Assembly: GCA_963666975.2 (NCBI GenBank)
Contig: CAXVYR010000003.1
Location: 1,120,001-1,184,000 of the forward strand
From: Terriglobia bacterium
GTDB taxonomy: Bacteria; Acidobacteriota; Terriglobia; 2-12-FULL-54-10
DNA length: 64,000 nt
Direction: 5' to 3'
Shown: in pieces, positions 22,817 to 33,378 of the stretch
Layout: the number at the start of each line of letters is the position of its first letter
Position numbering within the stretch: the stretch's first letter is position 1
Notes under the pieces: model-generated
What the model was told of the DNA's origin: nothing
Databases searched by the model: none
What the model saw: only the letters and a program-made list of their open reading frames with translations
Translations under genes and position numbers: made by a program

Positions 22817-23491
22817 ATGTTTAAGTTCTGGCATCCCCTTCGGATCACGGCGGCGTTGTTGTGCGCAGCGACCGCTCTTCCAGCCCAATCCGTGCGAGTT
22901 AACGACCTCGGCATCGGCAAATTGCTGGTGGCCCATCGTGATTTTCCCGACCCGAAGTTCGCCGAAACTGTGATTCTGCTAGTCCAGCACGACGAGCAGG
23001 GCGCAGTTGGCCTCGTGATTAATCGCAAGACGAAGGTGCCGATTTCACGGGCGCTCCGACAACTTAAGGGTGCTAATGACTGGTCAGAGCCGGTCTATGT
23101 GGGCGGTCCGGTGGAGATAGCGGGAGTGCTCGCGCTCCTCTGGTCACAAGCCGAGAAGGACGAAATGAAGTCCGTCCTCGGTGAGATTTACTTTGTCTCC
23201 AGCAAGCCGCATCTCGAAAAGATACTGGCTGAGGGACCGATGGCCGCAGAGTTGCATGTTTACCTGGGGTACAGCGGCTGGGGTGCCGGGCAATTAGAAA
23301 ACGAAGTGAAGCTGGGAGCGTGGTACATCTTTGATGGTAGTGCCGGTCTGGTCTTCGATTCCGACCCAGCCTCGCTGTGGTCCAGGCTCATAGCTCGGAC
23401 AGAACAGCGATTCGCCGGTGTTCAGACACCAGTTTGGACGGCTCTCATAGCGTCTCAGCGGGCGACGGCGCTTCAATTAAAGGGACGTTAA
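22817..23491 (+). CDS. YqgE/AlgH (DUF179) family protein with signal peptide
   Basis: GKLLVA..DPKFAETVILL, GGPV and GYSGWGAGQLENE motifs. Confidence 0.88.
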   Translation: MFKFWHPLRITAALLCAATALPAQSVRVNDLGIGKLLVAHRDFPDPKFAETVILLVQHDEQGAVGLVINRKTKVPISRALRQLKGANDWSEPVYVGGPVEIAGVLALLWSQAEKDEMKSVLGEIYFVSSKPHLEKILAEGPMAAELHVYLGYSGWGAGQLENEVKLGAWYIFDGSAGLVFDSDPASLWSRLIARTEQRFAGVQTPVWTALIASQRATALQLKGR

Positions 23492-23828
23492 GCCCATACA
23501 ATGTTCACGACGTAAGCGTGCCAGTGTCTGGATAACGGGCGTCCCGGACAGGTCGAATCCATTGACACCCGAGAAGTCGCGTTGTGGGAAGTGTGGGCGA
23601 ACGGCACTCTCTGGGATAGATCGCGATAAACGGCGTTCTGTAGAGTGATCGGCTGCCACCAGAGAGTGCGGTCAGAAGAAAGATCAATAGATCATCACGC
23701 CACCCAAGCCTGCCGGAGCAGCCGCTTCGCCTATGTCGTTAATACGGGGCAGCCCATTCGCTCTGGGATTCTTTGGACACGACGCCCGCAAATATTTCAA
23801 GTCGGGAGACCTCGCTGTGACCGCTGTA

Positions 23829-26681
23829 TCAATTGGTCGAAAACCAGAATGTGGTCTTTACCGCAAAGAAGTTGTCGCTCGGCGCCGAGAACGATCTGAA
23901 CATCGTTCCCAGTCCCGCCCTCTCGCGGATCGCCTGTGACTCGAAACGGTTCTGTTGCCACACCAGGTACAGCGTGCTCCCGGGACGCCATTCCCAGCGC
24001 AGCACCAGGTTGCTGCGGTACGATTTCACTTGGAAATCGGGATTCTCCAGTGTGAAACTTGCGGCTCCGTCTGTTACCATCAGGCTGCCGTCGGCTAGCC
24101 GCTCCAGGGTCGTGCCGTTTTCCCCGTAAACTAGCAACTCGCGAGACTTCGGCGCCAACAGCTCGCCAAACCGGTCGTAGCTTCCGCTAGCCGCGAAGGG
24201 TTCCGCGTAGAAATCCAGGTTCAGGTCTGGCTTGAACGTGTAGTTCAGGCGCAGTTGCACGGAAACCGTAGACTGCCGGATTTCTCCGAACATGTATCTC
24301 TTCCCGTACACCTCCGGCCGCCCTCCGTCTTTCTGGGCCAAGTATTGCCGCGTGGATAACTCGCGCCTATAGGTGGGGCTCATCGAAAACTGCCAGGAAG
24401 GCGCCGGTCGAATTGAAATTTCAAATTCAAGTTCCCGCGCGGAATCGCCGTCCTCGCTGCCATCCACCGACCAGGACGTGCTCCAGCGGGTTCGCGATGT
24501 GTTGGAGTTGCGCGCCGTCCCATTCACCCCCCAGCGTCTCGGAAGCTCCATCAGCGGTCCGCCGCGTGTCATGGAGGGGTCCTGCGCGCGCAGGTTGAGA
24601 TTCCACCCCACCGAGGTATACCAAAAATTCCGCCACGTCGCGGATGCCAGCTGGCTGAAGTTGCGCTGCATTCCCACACCCCGGTCCCAATAGAGGCGTG
24701 GAGTGAAGCTGGTGTCGATCTGATAAGAGTGAAGATACCGACCCGGCCTCGTCTCACGGTAGGTCAGCCGGTTGGTCAGCCCGATGTCGCCCGCAGAATT
24801 CAGTCTCCCGAAATCGTTCGTTTCGAGCTCCGGTGTATCATTGTCCATGGAGGTTCTCCACAGCCAGTGTTCGCCAGCGACTTTTTCCAGACTCGCCTGT
24901 AGCTTTGAGCCCGCCAGGGTGCGCCGAGTTGGGTCAAGACGCATCCCGCCCGGGCGGTCCGGCCGCTGGAAGAAATGCGTGCTGCTGCGTTGCACTCGTT
25001 CGATCGCGCTGGGCTCCCCGGCCAGATAGCTGAAGGAAGCCAGCCCTCTGGCCTCATAGGCGTTGTTGCCAAAGCGCAGCAGAGTATCCACTGCACCCGT
25101 TAGCGCACGGCGAACCAGACGCGCCGATAGTGGATCCTCCGGCTTCAAGTCGCGCTCCAGCGCGGTAAACTGAAAACCGACCGTCGACTGGTTGCTGCCA
25201 AACTGCTGCTCCACCCGATTTACCGCATAAAATGTCCGTGGCGCAACCAAGGTGTCATTAAACGCGCCCGTTTCACGATCGAAACTCCGTGCATGTTCCG
25301 CCGCGGTTACCGCCACCAACGCTCCAATGGAAGTGCTCGACCCCAGCCGCCCGGTGATTTTCGCCGCGCCCAGTAACGTGCTCGTTGCTGGGTAGTCCAC
25401 GTAGTCGCCGTCCGCCGGACCTGTCGGCCGAGCCCCGATCCGCCTGGAGTAGTAGAAATTCGTAACCGGACCCCTCAGCAGTTCGCTGCCTTCTTGAAAG
25501 AACGGGCGCTTCTCGGAAAAAATCGTCTCAATGGTGCTCAGGTTGACCTCTGCTGGGTCTGCCTCCACCTGCCCAAAATCCGGGTTCACTGTTGCGTCCA
25601 GCGTCAGATTCGATCCCAGCGCCACCTTGGCATCCAGCCCGACGCGCCTGTCCAAGTTCCGCCCATCATCGAACGGATTCGCCGGGTCGCGCTGTCCTGT
25701 TACGCGCGAGAACCCCGCGATGTACGGCAGCAGTTCCAGCCGTCGCGGCGACCTGATTCCTTCCAATCCCTGCAGTTCTCCGAAACGAGAAGCCCACCCC
25801 CGCTCCGTACGTGGGATCATCACCCAGTAGTCATCCTCGTTGAGAGTCGGCGTCCGGCGCCGGATATTCAGCCCCCAGATCATATCGCTGCGATTGTTGA
25901 ACCGGAGTTGCGAGAACGGAACCCAGAACTCAGCTGTCCACCCCTCCTCGTCAATTCGGGTCCGCGCCACCCACACGGGATCGAAATTATTGTCTCCGTC
26001 CTCAACGTCAGAAGCATGATACTTATCTAACCTCACGCCGGAGGCCGTCACGCCGAAGCTGTAGGCCGTGCGGCGATCCCAAAATGTGTCCAGCGAAACG
26101 AGGATATACTCCGCCTCAACCTCATCGTCACGCCTGCTCATCGGTGCCTGTATCGTCCCCGGTCGGCTGCTGTACATTCGCGCGCCAACGTAGATGGCGG
26201 TTTCGTCATAGACGAAGCGGACCACCATCGGCTCAGTCGGCGCGGCTCCCTCCACAGGCTCCTTCTGGACGAAGTCGGTGATTGGCGCCGCCGCTTCCCA
26301 AACCGCCTCATCCAGTTGCCCGTCCAGGCGGATGGAGTCATTTGGAACTCGCGCCGCGTAGGCCCGCTTGGCATCGGTTCCGTTCCCGTCGGGCGCCTGG
26401 GCGGATGCCTGCGCAATGCTCAGCCACCCGATTAACAACCCGATTGGAAATAGCAGAGCCCGCACAGTGTGCCACCGCCTGGTTTGATCGCCGTCAAGTT
26501 GTTGGTGCTGCCCGGTCCGCTCCCACCGAGCAAAACGGCGCATCAGGACAGCGCCGGCTATCGCGTCTCTATCGTCTGGCTTCCCGGCTCCCATATTCTT
26601 AAAGAGATATAGTACCTCCTTTAGGAGTATGGTGAGCCGGCCGGGGGAACATGTACCAGCGGGAGTGAGACAGAATCCCAT
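23829..26681 (-). CDS. DUF5916 / CBM9-like outer-membrane protein (start uncertain)
   Basis: IRLDGQLDEAVW, NPDFGQVEADPAEVNL, EKRPFF and NLVLRWEWRPGSTLYLVW motifs. Confidence 0.82.
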   Translation of the reverse strand: MGFCLTPAGTCSPGRLTILLKEVLYLFKNMGAGKPDDRDAIAGAVLMRRFARWERTGQHQQLDGDQTRRWHTVRALLFPIGLLIGWLSIAQASAQAPDGNGTDAKRAYAARVPNDSIRLDGQLDEAVWEAAAPITDFVQKEPVEGAAPTEPMVVRFVYDETAIYVGARMYSSRPGTIQAPMSRRDDEVEAEYILVSLDTFWDRRTAYSFGVTASGVRLDKYHASDVEDGDNNFDPVWVARTRIDEEGWTAEFWVPFSQLRFNNRSDMIWGLNIRRRTPTLNEDDYWVMIPRTERGWASRFGELQGLEGIRSPRRLELLPYIAGFSRVTGQRDPANPFDDGRNLDRRVGLDAKVALGSNLTLDATVNPDFGQVEADPAEVNLSTIETIFSEKRPFFQEGSELLRGPVTNFYYSRRIGARPTGPADGDYVDYPATSTLLGAAKITGRLGSSTSIGALVAVTAAEHARSFDRETGAFNDTLVAPRTFYAVNRVEQQFGSNQSTVGFQFTALERDLKPEDPLSARLVRRALTGAVDTLLRFGNNAYEARGLASFSYLAGEPSAIERVQRSSTHFFQRPDRPGGMRLDPTRRTLAGSKLQASLEKVAGEHWLWRTSMDNDTPELETNDFGRLNSAGDIGLTNRLTYRETRPGRYLHSYQIDTSFTPRLYWDRGVGMQRNFSQLASATWRNFWYTSVGWNLNLRAQDPSMTRGGPLMELPRRWGVNGTARNSNTSRTRWSTSWSVDGSEDGDSARELEFEISIRPAPSWQFSMSPTYRRELSTRQYLAQKDGGRPEVYGKRYMFGEIRQSTVSVQLRLNYTFKPDLNLDFYAEPFAASGSYDRFGELLAPKSRELLVYGENGTTLERLADGSLMVTDGAASFTLENPDFQVKSYRSNLVLRWEWRPGSTLYLVWQQNRFESQAIRERAGLGTMFRSFSAPSDNFFAVKTTFWFSTN

Positions 26682-27139
26682 GGACGAAGCACGGAGGGAG
26701 CCCCCGCGGGATTAGTAACGATCAACGGCGAAGTGTGGAGTAATCCTGCCCGACGGATAGGTAAACGCTAGGCGACTACACAGGATCTATTTCCCAGAAC
26801 GCCGTTTCTGGACAACGATGAGCCAAACCAAATCCGGGCGGGAATCAGTCAACATAAGGCGACAAGGGAAGAGGTTATGACAAGCTGCTGATGAGGCCAG
26901 GCTCGGGGCCTGCGGCTGGGGTAACTGCACCGGCACCCGCCGCTTCAGATCTTCAAATCAGTTATCCTAGTCCGCGCCCCAACGAAGCTATTGCACGGCG
27001 ATGGAGACGGTGTTGGAGGTCACGGATGGAAATCAATGGTGCTATACTTTCAACCGCCGGAAGGTTAAAAAAACTAATTCCGGTGTAATGAGAGACAGAA
27101 GCCCGGTAAAGTAAACGCCAGATATCTTGGGAGGGCGGT

Positions 27140-29050
27140 ATGGCTACCCGATTTGCGCTCCGTATCAGTTTGCCCTTATACCTTTTTTTTGTCAGCACAG
27201 GGGCCACGAGCCAAACTGTTCCCGAGATGCTCGAAAAGCTGCGCGCTTATCCCGATCTGGTAGTCTTCAATGGAGACATTGTCAGCTTGGACTCGCGCAT
27301 GAGCCGACACCAGGCAATGGCAATCCGCCACGGACGTATTGTGACCCTTGGCGGCAACGCGGAGATACAAAGCCTCGCCGGCCCCCAAACGGAGATGCTC
27401 GATGCCAAAGGCCGTATGGTCCTGCCGGGACTGATTGACTCCCATGCGCACCCGCACCTTTATGCCATTCCCCACTGGTTTTCTAGTGATTGGGCCACCA
27501 AGCGGTATAACAAACCGGAACTGCAAATTACCCATGTCAGGGGAGACAACGCCAGCGAAATTCTTGCCAGGCTGGAGCAGGCCGTGAAGCAGAGAGCAAA
27601 AGAACTCGGCCCGGGGAAATGGGTTTGGATCAGCCTTTTTTCCAAAGACAACCTGAAGGAAGCCCGCGACATCGTCTATCCCATATTCGACCGCAGTCGG
27701 CCAATGTTGATGCCGGAGATGCTGGACCAGTGGGCGCCGGAAAACCCTGTGATGGTATTCGGCCCGAGCGTCACAGCACCCAGCCTTAACAGCAGCAAGG
27801 CCAGGGAGATCATGAAGCGCATCCTAGGCCGCGAGGTCTTTAGCTTGGCGGCCTATCCCGCCGTAGCGTATGACATCCTCCTGGAAGGAAACACAGAAGC
27901 GATTGGCGACTTGTTGAAGCAGGAAATCCTGACTTGCCTTACCCGATATGGCATTACTTCTTTCACGTCCATCGTATGGAGCCTCGGAGTACTGAAAGCG
28001 GCCCGCATATTAGACGAACGTGGAGAGCTTCCAGCTCGTTGGGGGTGGGTGCACAATATGGGTTTTTCCGCAGAAAATCCTACGGACTTCTACCGGCGGC
28101 TAGGCGATTTCAGAGGACAAGGGAGCGATTATCTGTGGAACATCGGGATTGCATCCGGAGCCTGGGAGCGTTTGCCCTGGGCCTGCACTCGGGCCATTCC
28201 CTTGGCTGTCCCGACACGAGTCCAAGGGGCTGCTTCCGTTACAGTCAATCCCGTCAACGGCCAGAAACTCCCTTGTTCCGATCCGATCCGCTACGACAAC
28301 TCTATGACTTACCAGACGACCAAGGAAGCATTGGCATCCGGTCTGCGGGTGACGTCCCTGGATGCCTATAATGACGGCACCTATGACGCCGTGTTCCACA
28401 TGCTGGACGAACTGGTCCAAGCCGGCAAACTCACCTTACCCGAAGTGAAACAACTGCGCATCGGCCTGGATCACAACCTGATTGTACGCCCCGACCAAAT
28501 CGCAAAGCTCGCAGAATATGGAATCATGCTCAGCTTTCAGGGGTATCAATTGTATGAAGACATCAAGGGTCCAACCTTCCTCCGGCAGTTTGGGGAAGAT
28601 TACCTGAGCTGGATGATGCCGGTGAAAAGCCTGGCCGATCAGGGAGTCCGCGTTACGCTGGGGACCGACGCTCACCTGACCCGCATCCCCAAAATCGAAG
28701 CCCTACCGATGGACTGGCCCAGGGACTGGGAGGGTTCCATGTGGAACTACTACCAATTTTTCGTAACCCGCAAGATGACCGGCGATTCTCGCAAAAGCAT
28801 GACTGCCGGAAAGGTCTTCCTGAAAGGACAGGCGCTGGACCGTGTGGAAGTTCTCAAAGCAGCCACGATTCACGGCGCGGAGATGATGCTGCGGGAAAAA
28901 GACCTGGGCACACTAGAACCCGGCAAACTTGCCGACTTTATCGTCATTGATCAGGACTACTTTACCATCCCCGAAGACCAGATCGGGACCATTGAAACTC
29001 TGCTAACTGCAGTGGGTGGAGTGGTTCTCTATAAGAGCAACCATTTCTAG
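27140..29050 (+). CDS. Secreted amidohydrolase (YtcJ/Amidohydro_3-like)
   Basis: Signal peptide, PGLIDSHAH, LGTDA and GTLEPGKLADFIV motifs. Confidence 0.82.
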   Translation: MATRFALRISLPLYLFFVSTGATSQTVPEMLEKLRAYPDLVVFNGDIVSLDSRMSRHQAMAIRHGRIVTLGGNAEIQSLAGPQTEMLDAKGRMVLPGLIDSHAHPHLYAIPHWFSSDWATKRYNKPELQITHVRGDNASEILARLEQAVKQRAKELGPGKWVWISLFSKDNLKEARDIVYPIFDRSRPMLMPEMLDQWAPENPVMVFGPSVTAPSLNSSKAREIMKRILGREVFSLAAYPAVAYDILLEGNTEAIGDLLKQEILTCLTRYGITSFTSIVWSLGVLKAARILDERGELPARWGWVHNMGFSAENPTDFYRRLGDFRGQGSDYLWNIGIASGAWERLPWACTRAIPLAVPTRVQGAASVTVNPVNGQKLPCSDPIRYDNSMTYQTTKEALASGLRVTSLDAYNDGTYDAVFHMLDELVQAGKLTLPEVKQLRIGLDHNLIVRPDQIAKLAEYGIMLSFQGYQLYEDIKGPTFLRQFGEDYLSWMMPVKSLADQGVRVTLGTDAHLTRIPKIEALPMDWPRDWEGSMWNYYQFFVTRKMTGDSRKSMTAGKVFLKGQALDRVEVLKAATIHGAEMMLREKDLGTLEPGKLADFIVIDQDYFTIPEDQIGTIETLLTAVGGVVLYKSNHF

Positions 29051-29615
29051 AGCATTTTCACCATTGCTGCAATGCGTGCCTCGTTGTCATTCCGAGCCAT
29101 GTCCCGAGCCATGCCGAGGGATCGTCAAAGGGGCCGTGAGGGAGAGTCCCACTCCCTTGTTGCAGCGTCCTGGCCCGTTTCACGGGTAGCTGGGCCGGGG
29201 AGCCGCGCATCGCTCACCCCTCCAGCCCACTTATCACCTGACAACTTGCCCTGACGAAATTATTTGGCCTGCACACAACCAACTCCCCTCAGATGGAACC
29301 CACGACCCGACCCCTTAGATAATTGCCTCGCCTTCCGTTCCAAAGCAGAGCCAGCCCACCGCATCCTGCACCCCGAAAACGGTTTCACAGCCCCAGGCTG
29401 TGATATAACTCTCTCACTGAGACTGGTACAAAAAATCGGTCTGGTCACGGTGTCGTTCAGAATCTTTTCCGATTGGGAAGGCAGCGACTAAAATCGACCC
29501 ACCATCGGCTGTTGAGGGCACGTTTTTTCGCGACTGGGGAAGCCGTCACGGCAGCCTGACCAAATGGCGACCATCAGGCACCGGTTTGCTCAGCGGTGGT
29601 TAAGTTGACAATGCC

Positions 29616-30626
29616 TTAATACGAGCCGATGCCGGTAAGCTCGATGCTGAGCCTCCTGAGCTCCTCGCGCGCTTCCTCATCATACGCCAGGGAGTTGGCG
29701 CGCGCCGGGCTCATGCGATTGAAATACTGGCCGCTCTCGAGATCGGGCGAGTTGAGCAGGCGCAAGACAGCCTCCGCCCCGTCCTCCACCGAGCTCCTGG
29801 GCTGCGCCCCTCTGGAGAGCACCATGTTCGTATCCATGAAGGTGGCCGGATGCAAGGCGCTGACGATGACTCCGGTGCCCTCGAGTTCGCGTGAGAGGTC
29901 GAAGGTGAACATCACTTGTGCAAGCTTGCTCTGTCTGTAGGCTTGCGAATCAGTGTAGTTGCGCTCCAGCATCACATCCTCGAAGTCAATCGCAGCCTGG
30001 CCGGCCGACGCGACGTTCACGATCCGTGAAGGGGCGCTGTCGATGATCCGCGGTAGCAGCATTCGGGTAAGCAGGAACCCGGAAAGATAGTTCACCGCGA
30101 AGTGCAGCTCGTGGCCGTCGGCGCTGACTTGACGGCCGTCCTCAGGAGTCAACCATATTCCGGCATTATTGATGAGGACATCCAATCTGTCGTAATCCCG
30201 CAGGATCGTCTCGGCGAACTCCCGAACCTGATCGAGCGAGGCTAGGTCCGCAGCATAGAACTTCGCGCTGCCTATCCCTTCCTGCTCAATCTCGTCGACA
30301 ACCTTCACGCCGCGCACGCGATTACGGCCATGAACGATGATGTGAGCACCGGTCGTGGCAAGTCTACGCGCGACTTCATGACCGAGGCCGCTCGTGGAAC
30401 CCGTGACGAGTATGACCTTCCTCTCGGCGAGTCCCTCGCTGACATACGCTAAGGATTCCGTCTCAACCGACTGTGCCTTGCCTGTCGACGCGCTCAGAGC
30501 CAGTGCCACCGCAAGGACGGCACACAGCGATAACCTGCCGACCAGGGCTACACGACGTGAGTACACAAAAGTTTTTTCGGTAGCGCTCTTGTTTCGACTC
30601 ATGACGGCATCCCTCCCGTTGCTCAT
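29616..30626 (-). CDS. SDR-family oxidoreductase with signal-peptide-like N-terminus
   Basis: TGSTSGLG, NNAG and YRQSK motifs. Confidence 0.88.
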   Translation of the reverse strand: MSNGRDAVMSRNKSATEKTFVYSRRVALVGRLSLCAVLAVALALSASTGKAQSVETESLAYVSEGLAERKVILVTGSTSGLGHEVARRLATTGAHIIVHGRNRVRGVKVVDEIEQEGIGSAKFYAADLASLDQVREFAETILRDYDRLDVLINNAGIWLTPEDGRQVSADGHELHFAVNYLSGFLLTRMLLPRIIDSAPSRIVNVASAGQAAIDFEDVMLERNYTDSQAYRQSKLAQVMFTFDLSRELEGTGVIVSALHPATFMDTNMVLSRGAQPRSSVEDGAEAVLRLLNSPDLESGQYFNRMSPARANSLAYDEEAREELRRLSIELTGIGSY

Positions 30627-30828
30627 GTGTGCTGGATTCTTCGCCTCTCCTCGTCAATTCCGCTCGCGCTCGACGAGCGCTTCACGATCATGGCGTCGCC
30701 GGCGCAACTCCGGGCAACTGGCGTAACCGATTAACCAGCTTGACCAGACCGACTTTTATACCAAACCCAGGGAGAGAGTTTACACCATAGCTTATGGCTG
30801 TGAAATGGGCTTTGGGAAGAAGGCCGGG

Positions 30829-30959
30829 GGTATTGCCAAGTTAAGGGAAATCCCCCAGTTGTCGAGGCGAAAACGGTCTGCTCTGGAACTAAGAATCAAC
30901 AACTTATAGACTGCTATGAAGCGCTCACAAAAGGCTCAAACCGTTAACTTGACAGTACC
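30829..30959 (-). mobile_element. 131-bp MITE, copy 1
   Basis: TIRs GGTATTGCCAAGTTAA and TTAACTTGACAGTACC; inverted near-identical copy at 32259-32389. Confidence 0.85.
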
Positions 30960-31095
30960 AGGCTGAAGCACCCAAGAAAATGATTCCGATATCCTCCAGG
31001 AATTGAGAGTTGTCTGCAAGAGCCGATGGGAAGGCCCGTGGTCAGCAGTTCGGGACTCGCTTTGGGGCAGACAGGACTCTGTCCCGAGCCCCGGG
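30960..31095 (+). mobile_element. IS1380 3'-tail remnant
   Basis: Matches the reverse complement of ~50285-50420 and of 41102-41135. Confidence 0.75.
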
Positions 31096-31211
31096 ACCCA
31101 GCCAAAAAAAATCGTGCGCTCGAACCCCTCGAGAGTGTATAGTGCGGGCTGTTTGAGCTAAAAAGGAAATTCCGATATAACGGCGAGCACGGCAAGAGAG
31201 TAGCTTCGCTC

Positions 31212-32093
31212 ATGGCAATCCGTACCGCAGGCATCATCTCCAAACCGCGAAAAGCCGAGCTGCAGCAGATTGTGCCGAGCTTGCTGGGCTGGCTGGCCGA
31301 AAGAGGCATCCAGGCTTATCTCGACCGGGAGACAGCCGACAGCCTCGATTCTTCCAGCAAAGCTTCCCTGCCCGCTCAGGTAATCACCCGGAGCGAACTC
31401 TCTGGCAAGTGCGATTTGGTTATCGTGCTGGGGGGAGACGGCACACTGCTGGCTGCCGCACGCAACGTCCACTCCGGCAACATCCCGATCCTGGCCGTAA
31501 ACCTGGGAGCGCTGGGATTCCTCACCGCCGTAACCACCCAGGAACTGTACTCCAGCCTCGAATTAATTCTTAACGGAAAGCATCAAATTGACAGACGCAA
31601 GCTATTGCAAGTGCAGGTGATCCACTCCGGCGTGCCTGGCTCTACTTACCACGCCTTGAACGACGTTGTCCTCAACAAGGCGGCTATCTCGCGGATATCA
31701 GACTTTGAAACATATGTGGATGGAGTACTGGTAAGTGTCTTCAAAGCCGACGGGCTAATCATCTCAACTCCGACCGGTTCTACTGCCTACTCCATGGCGG
31801 CCGGGGGACCCATCGTTTATCCCACGGTGGAAGCCTTTATTGTGACTCCCATCTGTCCCCACACCCTGACCAACCGTCCGCTGGTTGTGCCGGACCGCGC
31901 CCGAATCGAAGTCACCGTAAAAACGGAGACGGAATCCGTTTTCTTGACCGTGGACGGCCAAGTCGGGCTGTCCCTGAACAACGACGACCGGATTGTCTGC
32001 GACCTCTCCGAAAGCTGGATTAGCTTAGTGCGCCCTCCCCACAAAGAATTCTTTGAAGTGCTCCGCAGCAAATTAAAATGGGGAGAGCGGTAA
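31212..32093 (+). CDS. nadK: NAD kinase
   Basis: GGDGT, NLGALGFL, LNDVV and DGLIISTPTGSTAY motifs. Confidence 0.95.
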   Translation: MAIRTAGIISKPRKAELQQIVPSLLGWLAERGIQAYLDRETADSLDSSSKASLPAQVITRSELSGKCDLVIVLGGDGTLLAAARNVHSGNIPILAVNLGALGFLTAVTTQELYSSLELILNGKHQIDRRKLLQVQVIHSGVPGSTYHALNDVVLNKAAISRISDFETYVDGVLVSVFKADGLIISTPTGSTAYSMAAGGPIVYPTVEAFIVTPICPHTLTNRPLVVPDRARIEVTVKTETESVFLTVDGQVGLSLNNDDRIVCDLSESWISLVRPPHKEFFEVLRSKLKWGER

Positions 32094-32258
32094 CTAGAGC
32101 ACTTTCACAGTTAGTGTATAGTTCCCCGCTCCCCGCTCCCTCACGGGGTCCCCAACGCGCCGCTTTCAGCGCGATGGGGTGTTTTGTCTTACGGTCGCGG
32201 CTCGGATGGATTCACCAACAACCCACTCCACGGCAACTCTGAAACTGATTGGTCTAGG

Positions 32259-32389
32259 GGTACTGTCAAGTTAACGGTTTGAGCCTTTTGTGAGCGCTTC
32301 ATAGCAGTCTATAAGTTGTTGATTCTTAGTTCCAGAGCAGACCGTTTTCGCCTCGACAACGGGGGGATTTCCCTTAACTTGACAATACC
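32259..32389 (+). mobile_element. 131-bp MITE, copy 2
   Basis: TIRs GGTACTGTCAAGTTAA and TTAACTTGACAATACC. Confidence 0.85.
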
Positions 32390-32409
32390 GTAAATATGGT
32401 AATAATCCT

Positions 32410-33378
32410 ATGGCAATGAAATTCACACGGAGAGAGTTTTTACATACAGCAGCTGGTCTTGGCATCGCCAGCCTGCTACCCGGTTGTGGTGGTAATCAAT
32501 CAGAGCAAACTGGCGAAACTGTTCAAACCAGTCAAGCATCCTCTTCCACCGCAATTCCGAGCAGATTAATCCCAGGCACCAACGAATCACTTCCTGTTGT
32601 TGGACTTGGGTCAACCAAGGCCGTTCTCCAGATTCCCGATAAAGGGCCGGAGGAACTGAGCGCCATCATTCAAACCCTGGTCGACAACGGGGGGAAAGTG
32701 ATTGACACCTCATTCCGGGTGGAAGGAATCGACCGTCCCTTTGGACAAATCCTGCAAGACGAAAAATGGAGCGATAAATTATTTGTCTCCCAAAAAATCA
32801 ATACCCTCGGGAAACAGGCAGGTATCGAGCAAATGCAACAGACAGAGCGTCTGTTCAACCGCAGGCCAGCCGATCTGATCCAGGTCGAAAGTCTGAGGGA
32901 TGCCGATAACCATCTAGACAGTCTGCGCGAATGGAAGGCCAATGGTAGAACGCGTTATATCGGTATCACAGCATCAGGCAGTAGGGATTTCGGGCGTATC
33001 GAGGCATATGTGAAGAATGTGCCTTTGGATTTTATTCAGGTAAATTATTCACTTCCAGAATTTGAGGCCGAGCAACGGGTATTACCTGCTGCAAAGGATT
33101 TGGGTATCGCCGTTCTGATTAGGAGTCCATTCATGAACGGCGAGTGGTTCACGATTACCCGCGGCAAGGCATTGCCTGGCTGGGCGGCTGAAATTGAATG
33201 TACCAGTTGGGCACAAATCGGCCTTAAGTATATCCTCGCAAATCAGGCGGTCACATGTGTACTAACAGAGACAACCAGTTCTGACCATCTGATTGAAAAT
33301 ATGCATTCCTCCCTTGGGAAAATGCCGGATGCTGAATTATTACGCAGGATGAAATCAGACGTATTGTCTATGATTTAG
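32410..33378 (+). CDS. Aldo/keto reductase with Tat-lipoprotein signal
   Basis: TRREFL and LLPGC lipobox; LPVVGLGS, RYIGIT and LDFIQVNYS motifs. Confidence 0.85.
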   Translation: MAMKFTRREFLHTAAGLGIASLLPGCGGNQSEQTGETVQTSQASSSTAIPSRLIPGTNESLPVVGLGSTKAVLQIPDKGPEELSAIIQTLVDNGGKVIDTSFRVEGIDRPFGQILQDEKWSDKLFVSQKINTLGKQAGIEQMQQTERLFNRRPADLIQVESLRDADNHLDSLREWKANGRTRYIGITASGSRDFGRIEAYVKNVPLDFIQVNYSLPEFEAEQRVLPAAKDLGIAVLIRSPFMNGEWFTITRGKALPGWAAEIECTSWAQIGLKYILANQAVTCVLTETTSSDHLIENMHSSLGKMPDAELLRRMKSDVLSMI

